DNA of 60,533 bases from Minisyncoccota bacterium (GCA_041654015.1 JBAZEI010000001.1:1-60533); one strand, 5' to 3'; positions 36,091 through 45,770 are shown, numbered from the stretch's first letter. Made by a program: numbers and translations. Notes: generated from the letters alone by a model not told the origin.

Positions 36091-36124
36091 TTCTTCATTC
36101 ATAATTCATAATTCTATATTAAAT

Positions 36125-36463
36125 ATGCCACGTTCACTTAAAAAAGGTCCCTATATTCATCCGAAATTATTAAAAAAAATTTCAAAGATGAAAGCGGAAG
36201 ATAAGACCCCTATCCAAACTTGGTCTAGGGAGTCAACTATTACGCCAGAAATGGTCGGTTATATTTTTATGGTTCATAATGGTAAAACTTTTGTAAGGGT
36301 TGAGGCGAGGGAGGAAATGGTAGGCCATCGTCTGGGAGAGTTTGCTCCTACTCGTAAATTCATTAAGCACGGAGGGAGAATGCAGCGGGAGATAGAGATG
36401 AAAAAAGGCATAGGCAAAGAAGAAAAAATAGTTGGTGAGAAAACCCAAAATGAGAAAAAATAA
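36125..36463 (+). CDS. rpsS: 30S ribosomal protein S19 with C-terminal extension
   Basis: [11 protein letters not shown].. and [13 protein letters not shown]. Confidence 0.92.
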   Translation: MPRSLKKGPYIHPKLLKKISKMKAEDKTPIQTWSRESTITPEMVGYIFMVHNGKTFVRVEAREEMVGHRLGEFAPTRKFIKHGGRMQREIEMKKGIGKEEKIVGEKTQNEKK

Positions 36464-36483
36464 CTAAACCTTATTAATCAGAT

Positions 36484-37017
36484 ATGGAAGTAAAAGCTTC
36501 TTTAAAATATTTAAGAATTAGCCCTCGCAAAACCCGTTTGGTTACTAACTTGATCAAAGGGTTGCCTGTTAAAGATGCTGAAGCCCAATTAACTTATATT
36601 TCTAAAAAAAGCGGCCAGCCTGTTTTAAAATTATTAAAATCAGCGATTGCTAACGCAGAAAATAATTTCCATTTGGATAAGGACAATCTTTATATTAAAA
36701 TTATAAGAGTTGATGAAGGGCCAGCGTTAAAAAGATGGCGAGCCCGAGCCCGAGGCTCTGCTTATACGATTAAAAAAAGAACCTCTCATATTTTTCTGGT
36801 GCTGGACGAGATTAAAAAGAAATCACAACCAATTCTAAAATCAAAGGTGAAAACAGAAGAAAAGACCGAGAAAGAAATAAAGAAGGAAGAAAAAAAGGAA
36901 TTGGAATCAAAACGGCCGCCGTTAGCAAAAGAAGAATTAGGAAAAAGGACAACAAAAAAAATAGCACCAAAAAGAGTTATCTTAAAGAAAAAAGTATTTC
37001 CTCGTAAAGCGATTTAA
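36484..37017 (+). CDS. rplV: 50S ribosomal protein L22 with Lys-rich C-terminal extension
   Basis: The uL22 core ends around ..SHIFLVL. About 65 extra K/E-rich residues follow. Confidence 0.9.
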   Translation: MEVKASLKYLRISPRKTRLVTNLIKGLPVKDAEAQLTYISKKSGQPVLKLLKSAIANAENNFHLDKDNLYIKIIRVDEGPALKRWRARARGSAYTIKKRTSHIFLVLDEIKKKSQPILKSKVKTEEKTEKEIKKEEKKELESKRPPLAKEELGKRTTKKIAPKRVILKKKVFPRKAI

Positions 37018-37035
37018 AGGATTAATTACATTAGT

Positions 37036-37689
37036 ATGGGTAAAAAAGTCAGTCCAAAATCTCAAAGATTAGGTTTGAATAAGAGATGGGAGTCTCGATG
37101 GTTTAATTTAAAGGAACGTTCAAAATTATTGGAAGAGGATTACAAAATTCGCCGCTTTATCTCTGAGAAGGCGAAAGATTCCCGAATAGAAAGCATTGAT
37201 ATAGAGAGGAAAACAAAAGATATAAAAATTATTATTTGTACTGCTCGTCCGGGTGTTTTGATTGGTCGCCAAGGGCAAGGAATAGAGGCGCTTCAAAAAG
37301 GATTAAAAAAAATTTTAAATACTGATTTAAATATTAATATTTCTGTGGAAGAGGTTAAGAACCCGGAAATTTCTGCTCAGATAGTGGCTCAAGGAATAGC
37401 CGAAGATATAGAAAAAAGAATCCCTTACAGGCGCGTTTTAAAACAGCATTTGAATAAAATAATCCAGCATAAAAAAGTTTTAGGCGCTAAAATTATGGTT
37501 TCTGGAAGATTAGATGGTGTAGAAATAGCCCGTGATGAATGGATAAAAAAAGGAAGATTGCCTTTGTCTACTTTAAGGGCGGATATTGATTATGGAATCG
37601 CCGAGGCTCACTGCACTTATGGAACGGTTGGAGTAAAGGTATGGATTTATAAAGGAGAAAAATTTTTTAGTTTTGAATCGAGCGATTAA
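37036..37689 (+). CDS. rpsC: 30S ribosomal protein S3
   Basis: MGKKVSPKSQRLG.., KH domain, GRLDGVEIAR. Confidence 0.93.
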   Translation: MGKKVSPKSQRLGLNKRWESRWFNLKERSKLLEEDYKIRRFISEKAKDSRIESIDIERKTKDIKIIICTARPGVLIGRQGQGIEALQKGLKKILNTDLNINISVEEVKNPEISAQIVAQGIAEDIEKRIPYRRVLKQHLNKIIQHKKVLGAKIMVSGRLDGVEIARDEWIKKGRLPLSTLRADIDYGIAEAHCTYGTVGVKVWIYKGEKFFSFESSD

Positions 37690-37723
37690 ATTAAAAATTG
37701 GAAATTAAAAATTTTATATACTT

Positions 37724-38134
37724 ATGTTATTACCTAAAAAAGTGAAACACAGAAAAATGCAGAAAGGGCGAAACAGGTTTCGTCAAATGGATAGCCGCGG
37801 GGCTGATCTCTCATTCGGCATTTTTGGTTTGAAGGCGTTGGAAGAAACTTGGCTTACTTCCCAGCAGATAGAGTCGGCGCGAAGAGCGATTGCTAGAGTT
37901 TTGCAGAAGGAGGGTAAGGTTTGGATGAGAATATTTCCAGATAAGCCAATAACTAAAAAACCGCCGGAAGTGACTATGGGTGGAGGAAAAGGCAATGTTG
38001 AGTATTACGTTTGCCCAGTAAATCCGGGAAGAATTCTTTTTGAAATTGATGGCGTGTCTTGGGAAAAGGCAAAAGAGGCTTTCCGTTTAGCGAGTTCTAA
38101 ATTGCCGATAAAAACATCAATTGTTAAAAAATAA
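37724..38134 (+). CDS. rplP: 50S ribosomal protein L16
   Basis: [16 protein letters not shown].. Confidence 0.93.
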   Translation: MLLPKKVKHRKMQKGRNRFRQMDSRGADLSFGIFGLKALEETWLTSQQIESARRAIARVLQKEGKVWMRIFPDKPITKKPPEVTMGGGKGNVEYYVCPVNPGRILFEIDGVSWEKAKEAFRLASSKLPIKTSIVKK

Positions 38135-38329
38135 ATGGTTAAAACAAAGGACTTGCGTTTAAAATCTGACGAAGAATTGAACCAACTGCTCTCTGAATCC
38201 CAAAAGAGATTAAGAGAGTTAAGGTTTAATTTGGCAAGCGGCAAAGTTAAAAATGTGCGGACAATCCGCGTTTTGAAAAAAGATATCGCCCGCATTTTAA
38301 CTATTTTAAATGAGAAATCTCAAATTTAA
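38135..38329 (+). CDS. rpmC: 50S ribosomal protein L29
   Basis: 64 aa. LRLKSDEELNQLL..LRELRFN. Confidence 0.88.
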   Translation: MVKTKDLRLKSDEELNQLLSESQKRLRELRFNLASGKVKNVRTIRVLKKDIARILTILNEKSQI

Positions 38330-38338
38330 TTTAATGTT

Positions 38339-38665
38339 TTGACTACTATTATGGAGGAAAAATTATCAATTACTCAAATTGTTAAACCAAAAGCAATAAA
38401 ACAAAAAAGGAGATTGGAGGGAGAGGTTGTTTCAAATAGAATGCAAAAAACAGTTGTAGTGCGGGTTTCAAGAATAAAACGGCATCCAAAATACAAAAAA
38501 TATTATCGGGTTTCGCAAAAATTCAAAGCTCATGATGAAAAAAATCAATGTCAAATTGGGGATAAAGTTATCATAGAAGAAACGAAACCGTTGTCTAAAG
38601 ATAAAAGATGGAAAGTAAAGGGTTTTGTCGGCGAAGGCAATCCGCCAGCTGGCGGAGAAGCCTGA
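38339..38665 (+). CDS. rpsQ: 30S ribosomal protein S17 with a hairpin-encoded C-terminal tail
   Basis: [16 protein letters not shown].....HPKYKK. The start is TTG 38339 or ATG 38351. Confidence 0.88.
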   Translation: MTTIMEEKLSITQIVKPKAIKQKRRLEGEVVSNRMQKTVVVRVSRIKRHPKYKKYYRVSQKFKAHDEKNQCQIGDKVIIEETKPLSKDKRWKVKGFVGEGNPPAGGEA

Positions 38666-38700
38666 GCAGTAATCCCCCCTCCTTCAGAGGAGAGGAGCGC
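38631..38700 (+). repeat. Pair of GC-rich hairpins at the rpsQ 3' end
   Basis: TCCGCC-agc-TGGCGGA (38641..38656) encodes the last residues ..NPPAGGEA. A second hairpin, CCCTCC-ttcaga-GGAGAGG, follows the stop. Confidence 0.65.
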
Positions 38701-38756
38701 TCAATGCTGTGGTAAAATTTACTTCGCATTGGGCTCGTAAAATTAATTACATTAGC

Positions 38757-39125
38757 ATGATCCAACCTCAAACAATTTTGAAAGTGATTGATAATAGCGG
38801 AGCGAAAATTATTCGTTGTTTTAAAATTTTAGGCGGGACTAGAAGAAGATATGCTGAGATAGGTGATATTATTATTGGTTCAGTACAAGTGGCGGAGCCT
38901 CGCAGAGAAATAAAGAAAAAAGCGGTTGTCAGAGCAATAGTTCTGCGTCAAAAAAAATCTTTTAGAAGAAAAGACGGAAGTTATATTCGCTTTGACGAAA
39001 ATGCAGTAGTTCTTATTAATGATAAAAATGAGCCATTGGGTAATCGTATTTTCGGTCCAATACCACGCGAAATAAAAGAGAAAGGCCACAGTAAAATTGC
39101 AGGTTTAGCCCCTGAATTAGTTTAA
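38757..39125 (+). CDS. rplN: 50S ribosomal protein L14
   Basis: MIQPQTILKVIDNSGAK. 122 aa from ATG 38757. The track start 38709 would add 16 non-homologous residues. Confidence 0.93.
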   Translation: MIQPQTILKVIDNSGAKIIRCFKILGGTRRRYAEIGDIIIGSVQVAEPRREIKKKAVVRAIVLRQKKSFRRKDGSYIRFDENAVVLINDKNEPLGNRIFGPIPREIKEKGHSKIAGLAPELV

Positions 39126-39202
39126 ACTTTGTTTTAAACATTTAATCATTGAAAATTCATTAAAAATTTAAAATTGGAAATTAAAAATTAGTTTTCATTA
39201 GT

Positions 39203-39511
39203 ATGAATATAAAAAAAGGCGACACAGTGCTAATAAAAAAAGGAAAGGATAAAGGCAAAACAGGCAAGGTTATAAAAGTTTTGCCATCAAAAGATAGGGT
39301 GGTTATTGAATCCTTAAATTTGGTGAAGAAAATTCAGAAAGCGAAAAAAGGAGGAGAGAAAAGTGAAATAATAACTGTTTCCCGGCCTATTGCTCGAGCC
39401 AATGTTATGCTTGTTTGTCCTAATTGCAAAAAGCCAGCGAGAATAGCCTTCCAGAAAGACAGCGAAGTTAAATTTAGAGTTTGCAAAAAATGCGGTTTTA
39501 AAATCTCTTAA
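39203..39511 (+). CDS. rplX: 50S ribosomal protein L24 (with C-terminal CxxC..CxxC)
   Basis: KOW motif IKKGDTVLIKKGKDKGKTGKV. Confidence 0.9.
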   Translation: MNIKKGDTVLIKKGKDKGKTGKVIKVLPSKDRVVIESLNLVKKIQKAKKGGEKSEIITVSRPIARANVMLVCPNCKKPARIAFQKDSEVKFRVCKKCGFKIS

Positions 39512-39526
39512 ATACAATATATAATT

Positions 39527-40093
39527 ATGGAGCTTTCTTATAAAGAGCAATTTAAAAAAACAGTTGTCCCGGATATGAAAAAAGAATTTGATTTTGAAAA
39601 TGATTTTGCCGTGCCAAAGATAACCAAAGTAGTGGTTAATGTTGGTGTGGGTCGATTGGTAACCGCTTCCAAGGACAGCAGGGAATTAATAAACAAAATT
39701 TCTGAAGTAATGGCAGCCATTACTGGCCAAAAGGCGTCTTTACGGCCGGCAAAGAAATCAATCGCCAGTTTTAAAGTTAGAGAAGGAATGCCTGTTGGCT
39801 TGAAATTAACTTTAAGGGGCAAAAGGATGGAAGATTTTATTTACAGATTTATAAATTTAGCTTTGCCGAGAGTTAGGGATTTTTGGGGCATTCCTTTGAA
39901 AAATATTGACGAAGAAGGAAATTTAAATTATGGTATTAAAGAATACAATATTTTTCCGGAAACAGAATCAATCCAAAACGTTCCGCCTTTCGGGCTAGAA
40001 ATAACATTTGTTACTAATGCTAAAAGCAGAGAGCAAGCAATAAAATTATATCAATTATTAGGATTTCCTCTATTATGGCAAAAAAATCAGTAG
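39527..40093 (+). CDS. rplE: 50S ribosomal protein L5
   Basis: uL5 blocks ([13 protein letters not shown].., FPE). spc operon order. Confidence 0.92.
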   Translation: MELSYKEQFKKTVVPDMKKEFDFENDFAVPKITKVVVNVGVGRLVTASKDSRELINKISEVMAAITGQKASLRPAKKSIASFKVREGMPVGLKLTLRGKRMEDFIYRFINLALPRVRDFWGIPLKNIDEEGNLNYGIKEYNIFPETESIQNVPPFGLEITFVTNAKSREQAIKLYQLLGFPLLWQKNQ

Positions 40094-40260
40094 TTATAAG
40101 AGCAAAAAAGCAGCCCAAATATTCTTCACGGATAGTGAGGCGTTGTTGGCGTTGCGGAAGGAAAAGAGGATATATAAGAGACTTTGGCCTTTGCAGGATA
40201 TGTTTTCGAGAGTTAGCTTCTAAAGGAAAAATACCAGGAGTAAAAAAGGCCAGCTGGTAG
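40075..40260 (+). CDS. rpsN: 30S ribosomal protein S14, zinc-binding type Z (61 aa)
   Basis: [23 protein letters not shown]. Confidence 0.92.
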   Translation: MAKKSVVIRAKKQPKYSSRIVRRCWRCGRKRGYIRDFGLCRICFRELASKGKIPGVKKASW

Positions 40261-40308
40261 ATGGCAAATAACAATTTAACAATATAACAATTTAGCAATT
40301 TATATTCT

Positions 40309-40725
40309 ATGATAGATCCAATAGCAGATATGCTAACAAGAATTCGCAATGCCCAGGCAGTAAAAGAAAAAACTGTTCTTATTCCTTATTCTAAAATAAA
40401 ATTAGATATCGCAGATGTTTTACTGAAAAATGGATTTATTGAAGGAGTGGAAAAAGTTAAAAGAAGAGATAAAAATAGTCAAACAGGAACCAGCCAAAGA
40501 TTTATTGAGATAATCCTTAAATATGATAAAAAAGGCCAGCCAAAAATTTCAGAAATAAAAAGAATATCAAAACCTTCAAGGCGTGTTTATATAAAAGCAA
40601 AGGATATCTGGCCTTTTAAGAGAGGATTAGGGCTGAAAATTTTATCAACTACGAAAGGAATACTTTCTGATTTAGAGGCAAAAAAGTTAAAGTTGGGCGG
40701 TGAAGTATTATTAGAAATATGGTAA
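40309..40725 (+). CDS. rpsH: 30S ribosomal protein S8
   Basis: DPIADMLTRIRNA. Confidence 0.93.
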   Translation: MIDPIADMLTRIRNAQAVKEKTVLIPYSKIKLDIADVLLKNGFIEGVEKVKRRDKNSQTGTSQRFIEIILKYDKKGQPKISEIKRISKPSRRVYIKAKDIWPFKRGLGLKILSTTKGILSDLEAKKLKLGGEVLLEIW

Positions 40726-40738
40726 TTTAATTTTTATT

Positions 40739-41284
40739 ATGTCTAGGATAGGAAAAAAATCAATTATTATTCCTTCTTCAGTATCGGTGAGTTTAGAAGG
40801 GCAAAAGATAAAGGCAAAAGGGCCGAAAGGAGAGGATTCTTTAATAGTCACCGATGGTTTTAATGTTGAATTAAAAGATAATGCAATTAGAGTTGTTCCC
40901 GCTCAAAATAATAAAGAAAGTTTTGTTAAATGGGGGACTTTAAGGTCAAAAATAAACAATTTAATAGAAGGAGTGGAAAAAGGTTTTATAAAACAATTGG
41001 AAATTAATGGAGTAGGCTACCAAGCTAATGTTGAAGGGAAGAATTTAAATTTAAAATTAGGGTATAATCATCCAGTCATTGTTTCTATTGAAGAAGGGTT
41101 AGAGGTTAAAGTAGAGAAAAATATTATTACTATCTCTGGAATATCAAAAGAAAAAGTAAACCAATTCGCCGCTTTGGTTAAATCAAAGCGGCCAGTTGAG
41201 CCCTATAAAGGGAAGGGAATTTATTATGTGGGAGAAACTATTTTGAGAAAGGCGGGCAAAAAAGTTTCTGGCGCCACAGGGTAA
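40739..41284 (+). CDS. rplF: 50S ribosomal protein L6
   Basis: MSRIGKKSIIIPS.. and the two-domain uL6 length. Confidence 0.92.
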   Translation: MSRIGKKSIIIPSSVSVSLEGQKIKAKGPKGEDSLIVTDGFNVELKDNAIRVVPAQNNKESFVKWGTLRSKINNLIEGVEKGFIKQLEINGVGYQANVEGKNLNLKLGYNHPVIVSIEEGLEVKVEKNIITISGISKEKVNQFAALVKSKRPVEPYKGKGIYYVGETILRKAGKKVSGATG

Positions 41285-41295
41285 AATAATTAAAA

Positions 41296-41664
41296 ATGAA
41301 AATAAATAATAATAAAAATAGCAGTAAAAAGCGGAGAGAGAGAAGACATACAAGAATAAGGGCAAAAATTTTAGGAACAAAAGAGAGTCCCCGATTTTGC
41401 GTATTTAAATCTAATAAACACATTTACACCCAAATTATTGATGATGAAAAGAGAGTAACGCTTGTTTCTGCTTCTGATTTTGATATTAAGGATTCAAAAG
41501 AAAAGAGCAAAACGGAAATGGCGCAAAAAGTAGGTGAGTTAACGGCTCAAAAGGCGAAGGAGCAAAAAATCACAAAAGTAGTTTTTGACAGAGGGGGGTT
41601 TAGATACCAAGGGAGAGTTAAATCGCTGGCTGAAGGCGCGAGAAAAGCCGGTTTGATATTTTAA
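41296..41664 (+). CDS. rplR: 50S ribosomal protein L18
   Basis: [12 protein letters not shown]...[12 protein letters not shown] and [21 protein letters not shown]. Confidence 0.92.
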   Translation: MKINNNKNSSKKRRERRHTRIRAKILGTKESPRFCVFKSNKHIYTQIIDDEKRVTLVSASDFDIKDSKEKSKTEMAQKVGELTAQKAKEQKITKVVFDRGGFRYQGRVKSLAEGARKAGLIF

Positions 41665-41681
41665 TTATTTTAAAAGCAATT

Positions 41682-42185
41682 ATGGTTTTTAATAAAAAAT
41701 CTCAATTTAATAAAACTGATTTTGAAGAAGCGGTGCTGGATATTGCCAGGGTGACTCGGGTAGTTGCCGGTGGTAAGAGACTGAGCTTCCGGGCAACAGT
41801 GGCGGTCGGTAGCAAAGAAAAGCATCAAGTGGGCATTGGCGTTGATAAAGGGAAGGATGTCTCTCAGGCAATACAAAAAGCAAGCGCTAAAGCTAAAAAA
41901 AATCTAATCACAGTGCCAGTTATGAATGATACAATACCTCATGAAATTACGGCAAAGTATAAAGCGGCAGAGGTGACTATAAAGCCAGCTTCTAAAGGGA
42001 AAGGAATTATTGCCGGCGGCGCGGTGCGAACAATATTAAAACTGGCTGATGTTCCTAATGCTATTGCTAAAATTTTAGGCAATACCAGCAATGCTATAAA
42101 TAATGCCCGAGTGACAATTTTAGCTCTTTCTAAATTAAAGAGCTTTGTTGGCGAAGATACACATAAAAACAAACTAAACAAATAA
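41682..42185 (+). CDS. rpsE: 30S ribosomal protein S5
   Basis: VTRVVAGGKRLSFRATVAVG and GIIAGGAVR. Confidence 0.92.
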   Translation: MVFNKKSQFNKTDFEEAVLDIARVTRVVAGGKRLSFRATVAVGSKEKHQVGIGVDKGKDVSQAIQKASAKAKKNLITVPVMNDTIPHEITAKYKAAEVTIKPASKGKGIIAGGAVRTILKLADVPNAIAKILGNTSNAINNARVTILALSKLKSFVGEDTHKNKLNK

Positions 42186-42229
42186 ATAATTATCCCAGTT
42201 CTTCAAAGGGCTGGGTTAATCACATTGGC

Positions 42230-42682
42230 ATGCAAATTCATCAAGTGAGAAAACCGAATAATAAATTATCCCAAAGAAAGAAAAAACGAGTTGGCCGCGG
42301 CGGCAAAAGAGGGACTTATTCTGGCAGAGGAATAAAAGGACAAAAATCTCGCGCTGGAGCCAAAATAAAACCTCAAGTAAGGGAAATGGTGCTGAAATTT
42401 CCTAAAAAAAGAGGGGGTTATTTTAGTACTTTAAAAAAATCTCCAATTATTGTAAAATTAGAAGATATTACGAAATTTTTTCCGGAAGGAGGCGTTATTA
42501 CTCCCAAAAAATTAAGAAAAACCAATTTAATAAAAATTTCTAAAAGCAATTATCGCCCTATTAAAATTTTGGGCGCAATATCTTTATCAAAAAATTATCA
42601 GATTAAAAATTGTTTAGTTTCCGAAAAAGTAAAACAGGAGATAGAAAAGGCCGGAGGAAAAGTTGAGGCAAAAAATAAATAA
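42230..42682 (+). CDS. rplO: 50S ribosomal protein L15
   Basis: KRVGRGGKRGTYSGRGIKGQKSR. Follows rpsE directly, with no rpmD between them. Confidence 0.9.
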   Translation: MQIHQVRKPNNKLSQRKKKRVGRGGKRGTYSGRGIKGQKSRAGAKIKPQVREMVLKFPKKRGGYFSTLKKSPIIVKLEDITKFFPEGGVITPKKLRKTNLIKISKSNYRPIKILGAISLSKNYQIKNCLVSEKVKQEIEKAGGKVEAKNK

Positions 42683-42686
42683 CTTT

Positions 42687-43958
42687 ATGTTTAAAAGCAT
42701 TTTGTCTTTATTGCGAGCGCCTGATTTAAGAAAAAAAGTATTGATTATTTTTCTTCTTTTGGTTGTTTTTCGGGTAATGGCGACTATTCCGCTGCCGAAT
42801 GTGGATAAAAGCCAATTACAGGCGTTTTTAACCTCAAACCAAATTTTTGGCCTTTTTAATGTTTTTACTGGCGGCGCCTTCAAAAATATTTCAATTGCTC
42901 TGTTAGGTATCGGGCCTTTTATTACAGCGTCTATTATAATGCAGTTGCTGACAATGATTTTTCCAAATTTAAAGGAGCTTTTTTATGAGGGGACAGAAAA
43001 AGAAAGGGCAAAGTTTATGCAATATTCCCGTTTATTAACAGTTCCTTTGGCGGCCCTTCAGGGATATGGCTTTCTAAATTTATTAAGCCGGCAGGGAGTA
43101 ATTGTTATTGCCAGCCCCCTGGATTTAATCAGAAATTTGGTTATTATTGTTACCGCTTCGGTGTTTTTGATGTGGATTGGAGAATTAATTACAGAACAAA
43201 AATTGGGCAATGGAATTTCCTTGATAATTTTTGCCGGGATTGTTATAGATTTTCCCCGGGAAATTTTACAGACGGTGGTAACAGTAGACCCCGCGCGGGT
43301 GCCTAATATGCTAGCTTTTTTCGCTATTGCCCTTTTGATAATTGTGGGAGTTGTTTTTATTTCCCGAGGTGAAAGAAGAATCCCTGTAAGTTATGCCAAG
43401 CAGGTCAGGGGGACAAAAATTTATGGCGGCGCCTCTACTTATTTACCTTTGAAAATTAACCAAGCCGGGGTAATACCAATCATTTTTGCCCTTTCAATCT
43501 TGATGTTTCCCCAAATGATAAGCCAATTTTTTGCCGGATCCCAAAACCAATTGTTATTAAAAATCGCTTTATTCTTTCAAAACTTTAATCAGGAATCCTG
43601 GATTTATCTTTTATGTTATTTTGGCCTTGTTTTTCTTTTTACTTTTTTTTACACCACTATTACTTTCAATCCTGAAACCATTGCTGAAAACTTGCAGAAA
43701 AGAGGAGGTTTTATTCCCGGATACAGGCCCGGGAATGCAACCTCGCAGCATTTAACTAATACCAGCGGTAAAATTACTTTTTTTGGAGCGATATTTTTAG
43801 GAATTATCGCTATTCTTCCGATTTTAATGCAACAATTTACGGGAATCACTACATTTGCCATAGGCGGCACTTCGCTCTTGATTATGGTTTCGGTAGCCAT
43901 AGAAACAATGGATACCATTGAAGCCCAATTAATAATGCGTGAGTATGAAGTCTCTTAA
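42687..43958 (+). CDS. secY: Preprotein translocase subunit SecY
   Basis: 10-TM SecY layout with LGIGPFITASIIMQLL. Start set at ATG 42687 (MFKSILS..). Confidence 0.93.
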   Translation: MFKSILSLLRAPDLRKKVLIIFLLLVVFRVMATIPLPNVDKSQLQAFLTSNQIFGLFNVFTGGAFKNISIALLGIGPFITASIIMQLLTMIFPNLKELFYEGTEKERAKFMQYSRLLTVPLAALQGYGFLNLLSRQGVIVIASPLDLIRNLVIIVTASVFLMWIGELITEQKLGNGISLIIFAGIVIDFPREILQTVVTVDPARVPNMLAFFAIALLIIVGVVFISRGERRIPVSYAKQVRGTKIYGGASTYLPLKINQAGVIPIIFALSILMFPQMISQFFAGSQNQLLLKIALFFQNFNQESWIYLLCYFGLVFLFTFFYTTITFNPETIAENLQKRGGFIPGYRPGNATSQHLTNTSGKITFFGAIFLGIIAILPILMQQFTGITTFAIGGTSLLIMVSVAIETMDTIEAQLIMREYEVS

Positions 43959-44598
43959 TATTATTTTATTAGGGCGTTCAGGATCTGGCAAAGGAACTCA
44001 GGCAGAGTTGCTGCTAAAAAAATTTTCTTTAGTTAATATAGATACGGGTGATATTTTAAGAGATCTAGCTAAAAGAAAAGACCAATTTGGAAAAAATGTT
44101 TTTAAAACCATTTCAAAGGGGAAATTAGTCCCTCTCTGGCTTGTAATTTATTGCTGGCTTGATAAATTTCTTAATCTTTTCCCTAAACAAGGGATTATAA
44201 TGGAAGGAAGCCCTCGCTTGTTGGAAGAAGCGAAAATACTGGAAGAAGTTTTATCTTGGTTTGGCCGCAAAAAATTAATAGTTATTTATTTAAAAACCTC
44301 GGAAAAAGAAGTGACAAAAAGATTATTAAACAGGAGAATTTGTTCCCAATGCCATCGGGAATTTTCTTTAGTTTTGACTCCTAATTTAAAAAAATGCTCT
44401 CATTGCGGAGGGAAATTAATTCGCCGTTCTGATGACTATCCTCTGGCTATTAAAAACAGGATGCTGTTTTTTAAAAAAAATATTATTCCGGTGATTAACT
44501 ATTTCCGTAAGAAAAATACGCTTATTGAAGTTAAAGGCGAGGGTTCGGTGATGGAAATTCATCAGGATATAGTGGCTAAAATAAAAAATAAAAGATAA
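43939..44598 (+). CDS. adk: Adenylate kinase (zinc-lid type)
   Basis: P-loop GRSGSGKGTQ. The lid carries CSQC...CSHCGG. The start may be ATG 43945. Confidence 0.88.
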   Translation: MSMKSLNIILLGRSGSGKGTQAELLLKKFSLVNIDTGDILRDLAKRKDQFGKNVFKTISKGKLVPLWLVIYCWLDKFLNLFPKQGIIMEGSPRLLEEAKILEEVLSWFGRKKLIVIYLKTSEKEVTKRLLNRRICSQCHREFSLVLTPNLKKCSHCGGKLIRRSDDYPLAIKNRMLFFKKNIIPVINYFRKKNTLIEVKGEGSVMEIHQDIVAKIKNKR

Positions 44599-44623
44599 AT
44601 CCGTCAGTTGGCGGAAATAAAAA

Positions 44624-45376
44624 ATGAAAACTGGTTCTGAAATTAGAGTTTTGCGCCAGGGGGGCCAAAGATTGTCTTTGGTTTTAAAAAAGGTAGCCAA
44701 AGCCGTAAAGCCGGGTATAAGTAGTGATGATTTGGATAGATTAGCTTTTGATCTTATTAATCAATACGGAGGCAAGCCCTCATTTTTAAATTATCAGCCC
44801 GATTTTAGTGATAAACCTTTTCCAAAAACTTTGTGTGTTTCTATTAACGAAACAATAGTTCATGGCGTTCCTTCAAAGAAAATGATTATTAAAGAAGGGG
44901 ATTTGGTTTCTTTGGATCTTGGTATGGAATATCAGGGTCTTTTTACTGATATGGCGGTTACTGTCGGCGCGGGAAAAATCAAATCAAAATACGAGAGATT
45001 AATTAAGATAACAAAAGAAGCCCTAAATAAAGCTATTCAATCTTCAAGGATAGGGAATACTTTGGGAGATATCGGTTATGCTATTCAGTCATCTGTTGGA
45101 AAAAATGGTTTGGTTGTTATTAAGAATTTAGTAGGTCATGGAGTTGGTTATTTGCCTCATGAAGAGCCGGCAGTTTTTAATTTTGGAGAACCGGGCCAGG
45201 GATTGAAATTAGAGCAAGGTTTAGTCATTGCCATAGAGCCAATGGTGACTTTTTCTAGCGGAGAAATAAAAGAAAAAAAGGATGGCAGTTTTGTTACGGC
45301 CAATGGAGAAGTGGCTTGCCATTTTGAACATACGGTGGCAATTACTAAAAGAGGCCCGATTGTGATTACAAAATAA
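44624..45376 (+). CDS. map: Methionine aminopeptidase type I
   Basis: VHGVP, DLGMEYQGLFTDMAVT, GHGVGYLPHEEP, IEP. Confidence 0.92.
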   Translation: MKTGSEIRVLRQGGQRLSLVLKKVAKAVKPGISSDDLDRLAFDLINQYGGKPSFLNYQPDFSDKPFPKTLCVSINETIVHGVPSKKMIIKEGDLVSLDLGMEYQGLFTDMAVTVGAGKIKSKYERLIKITKEALNKAIQSSRIGNTLGDIGYAIQSSVGKNGLVVIKNLVGHGVGYLPHEEPAVFNFGEPGQGLKLEQGLVIAIEPMVTFSSGEIKEKKDGSFVTANGEVACHFEHTVAITKRGPIVITK

Positions 45377-45402
45377 TATAATTCATTGCTACATTGTTAA
45401 AT

Positions 45403-45770
45403 GGAAGAATCTCTCGTTTTCTTTTGTCATTCTGAGCGGAGCGAAGAATCCCTCGCGAATGCGAGAATCACACTAACAACAAGGAGAACAGTTCTCCTGT
45501 GTTCTATAATAAAATTTACGACGTCGGACGTCCCAAAATTCTTTGTCCTTTTGAGTGTAGCCTTCGCCTTCGCTAAAGCTACGCTGGACAAGCCCGCCTT
45601 CGCCAGCGCCTGAAGCCGCAGGCTATGGCGGGCAAGGAAGAATCTCTCGTTTTCTTCTGTCATTCTGAGCGAAGCGAAGAATCTCTCGCGAATGCGAGGA
45701 TCACATTAATAACAAGGAGAACAGTTCTCCTGTGTTTCATATCCCTCGCGAATGCGAGAAATTCACTTTG
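45403..45770. repeat. Composite array of GC-rich repeat modules (X1 - spacer/Y - X2 - partial X)
   Basis: X1 (45403..45503) and X2 (45636..45736) are ~101-nt near-identical direct repeats: ..tgtcattctgagcgRagcgaagaatc.ctcgcgaatgcgag..aggagaacagttctcctgtgtt. Y (45553..45642) matches 6460..6545. A third ctcgcgaatgcgag lies at 45745..45758. Confidence 0.9.

Noticed and set aside
34383-42181. Numerous 60-110-aa antisense or alternative-frame ORFs inside ribosomal protein genes (e.g. 34383..34577, 36233..36448, 37783..37995, 38005..38295, 39314..39822, 40020..40349, 41183..41423, 41939..42181)
   Set aside because: Each lies within a confidently identified ribosomal protein gene. They are typical AT-rich shadow ORFs.
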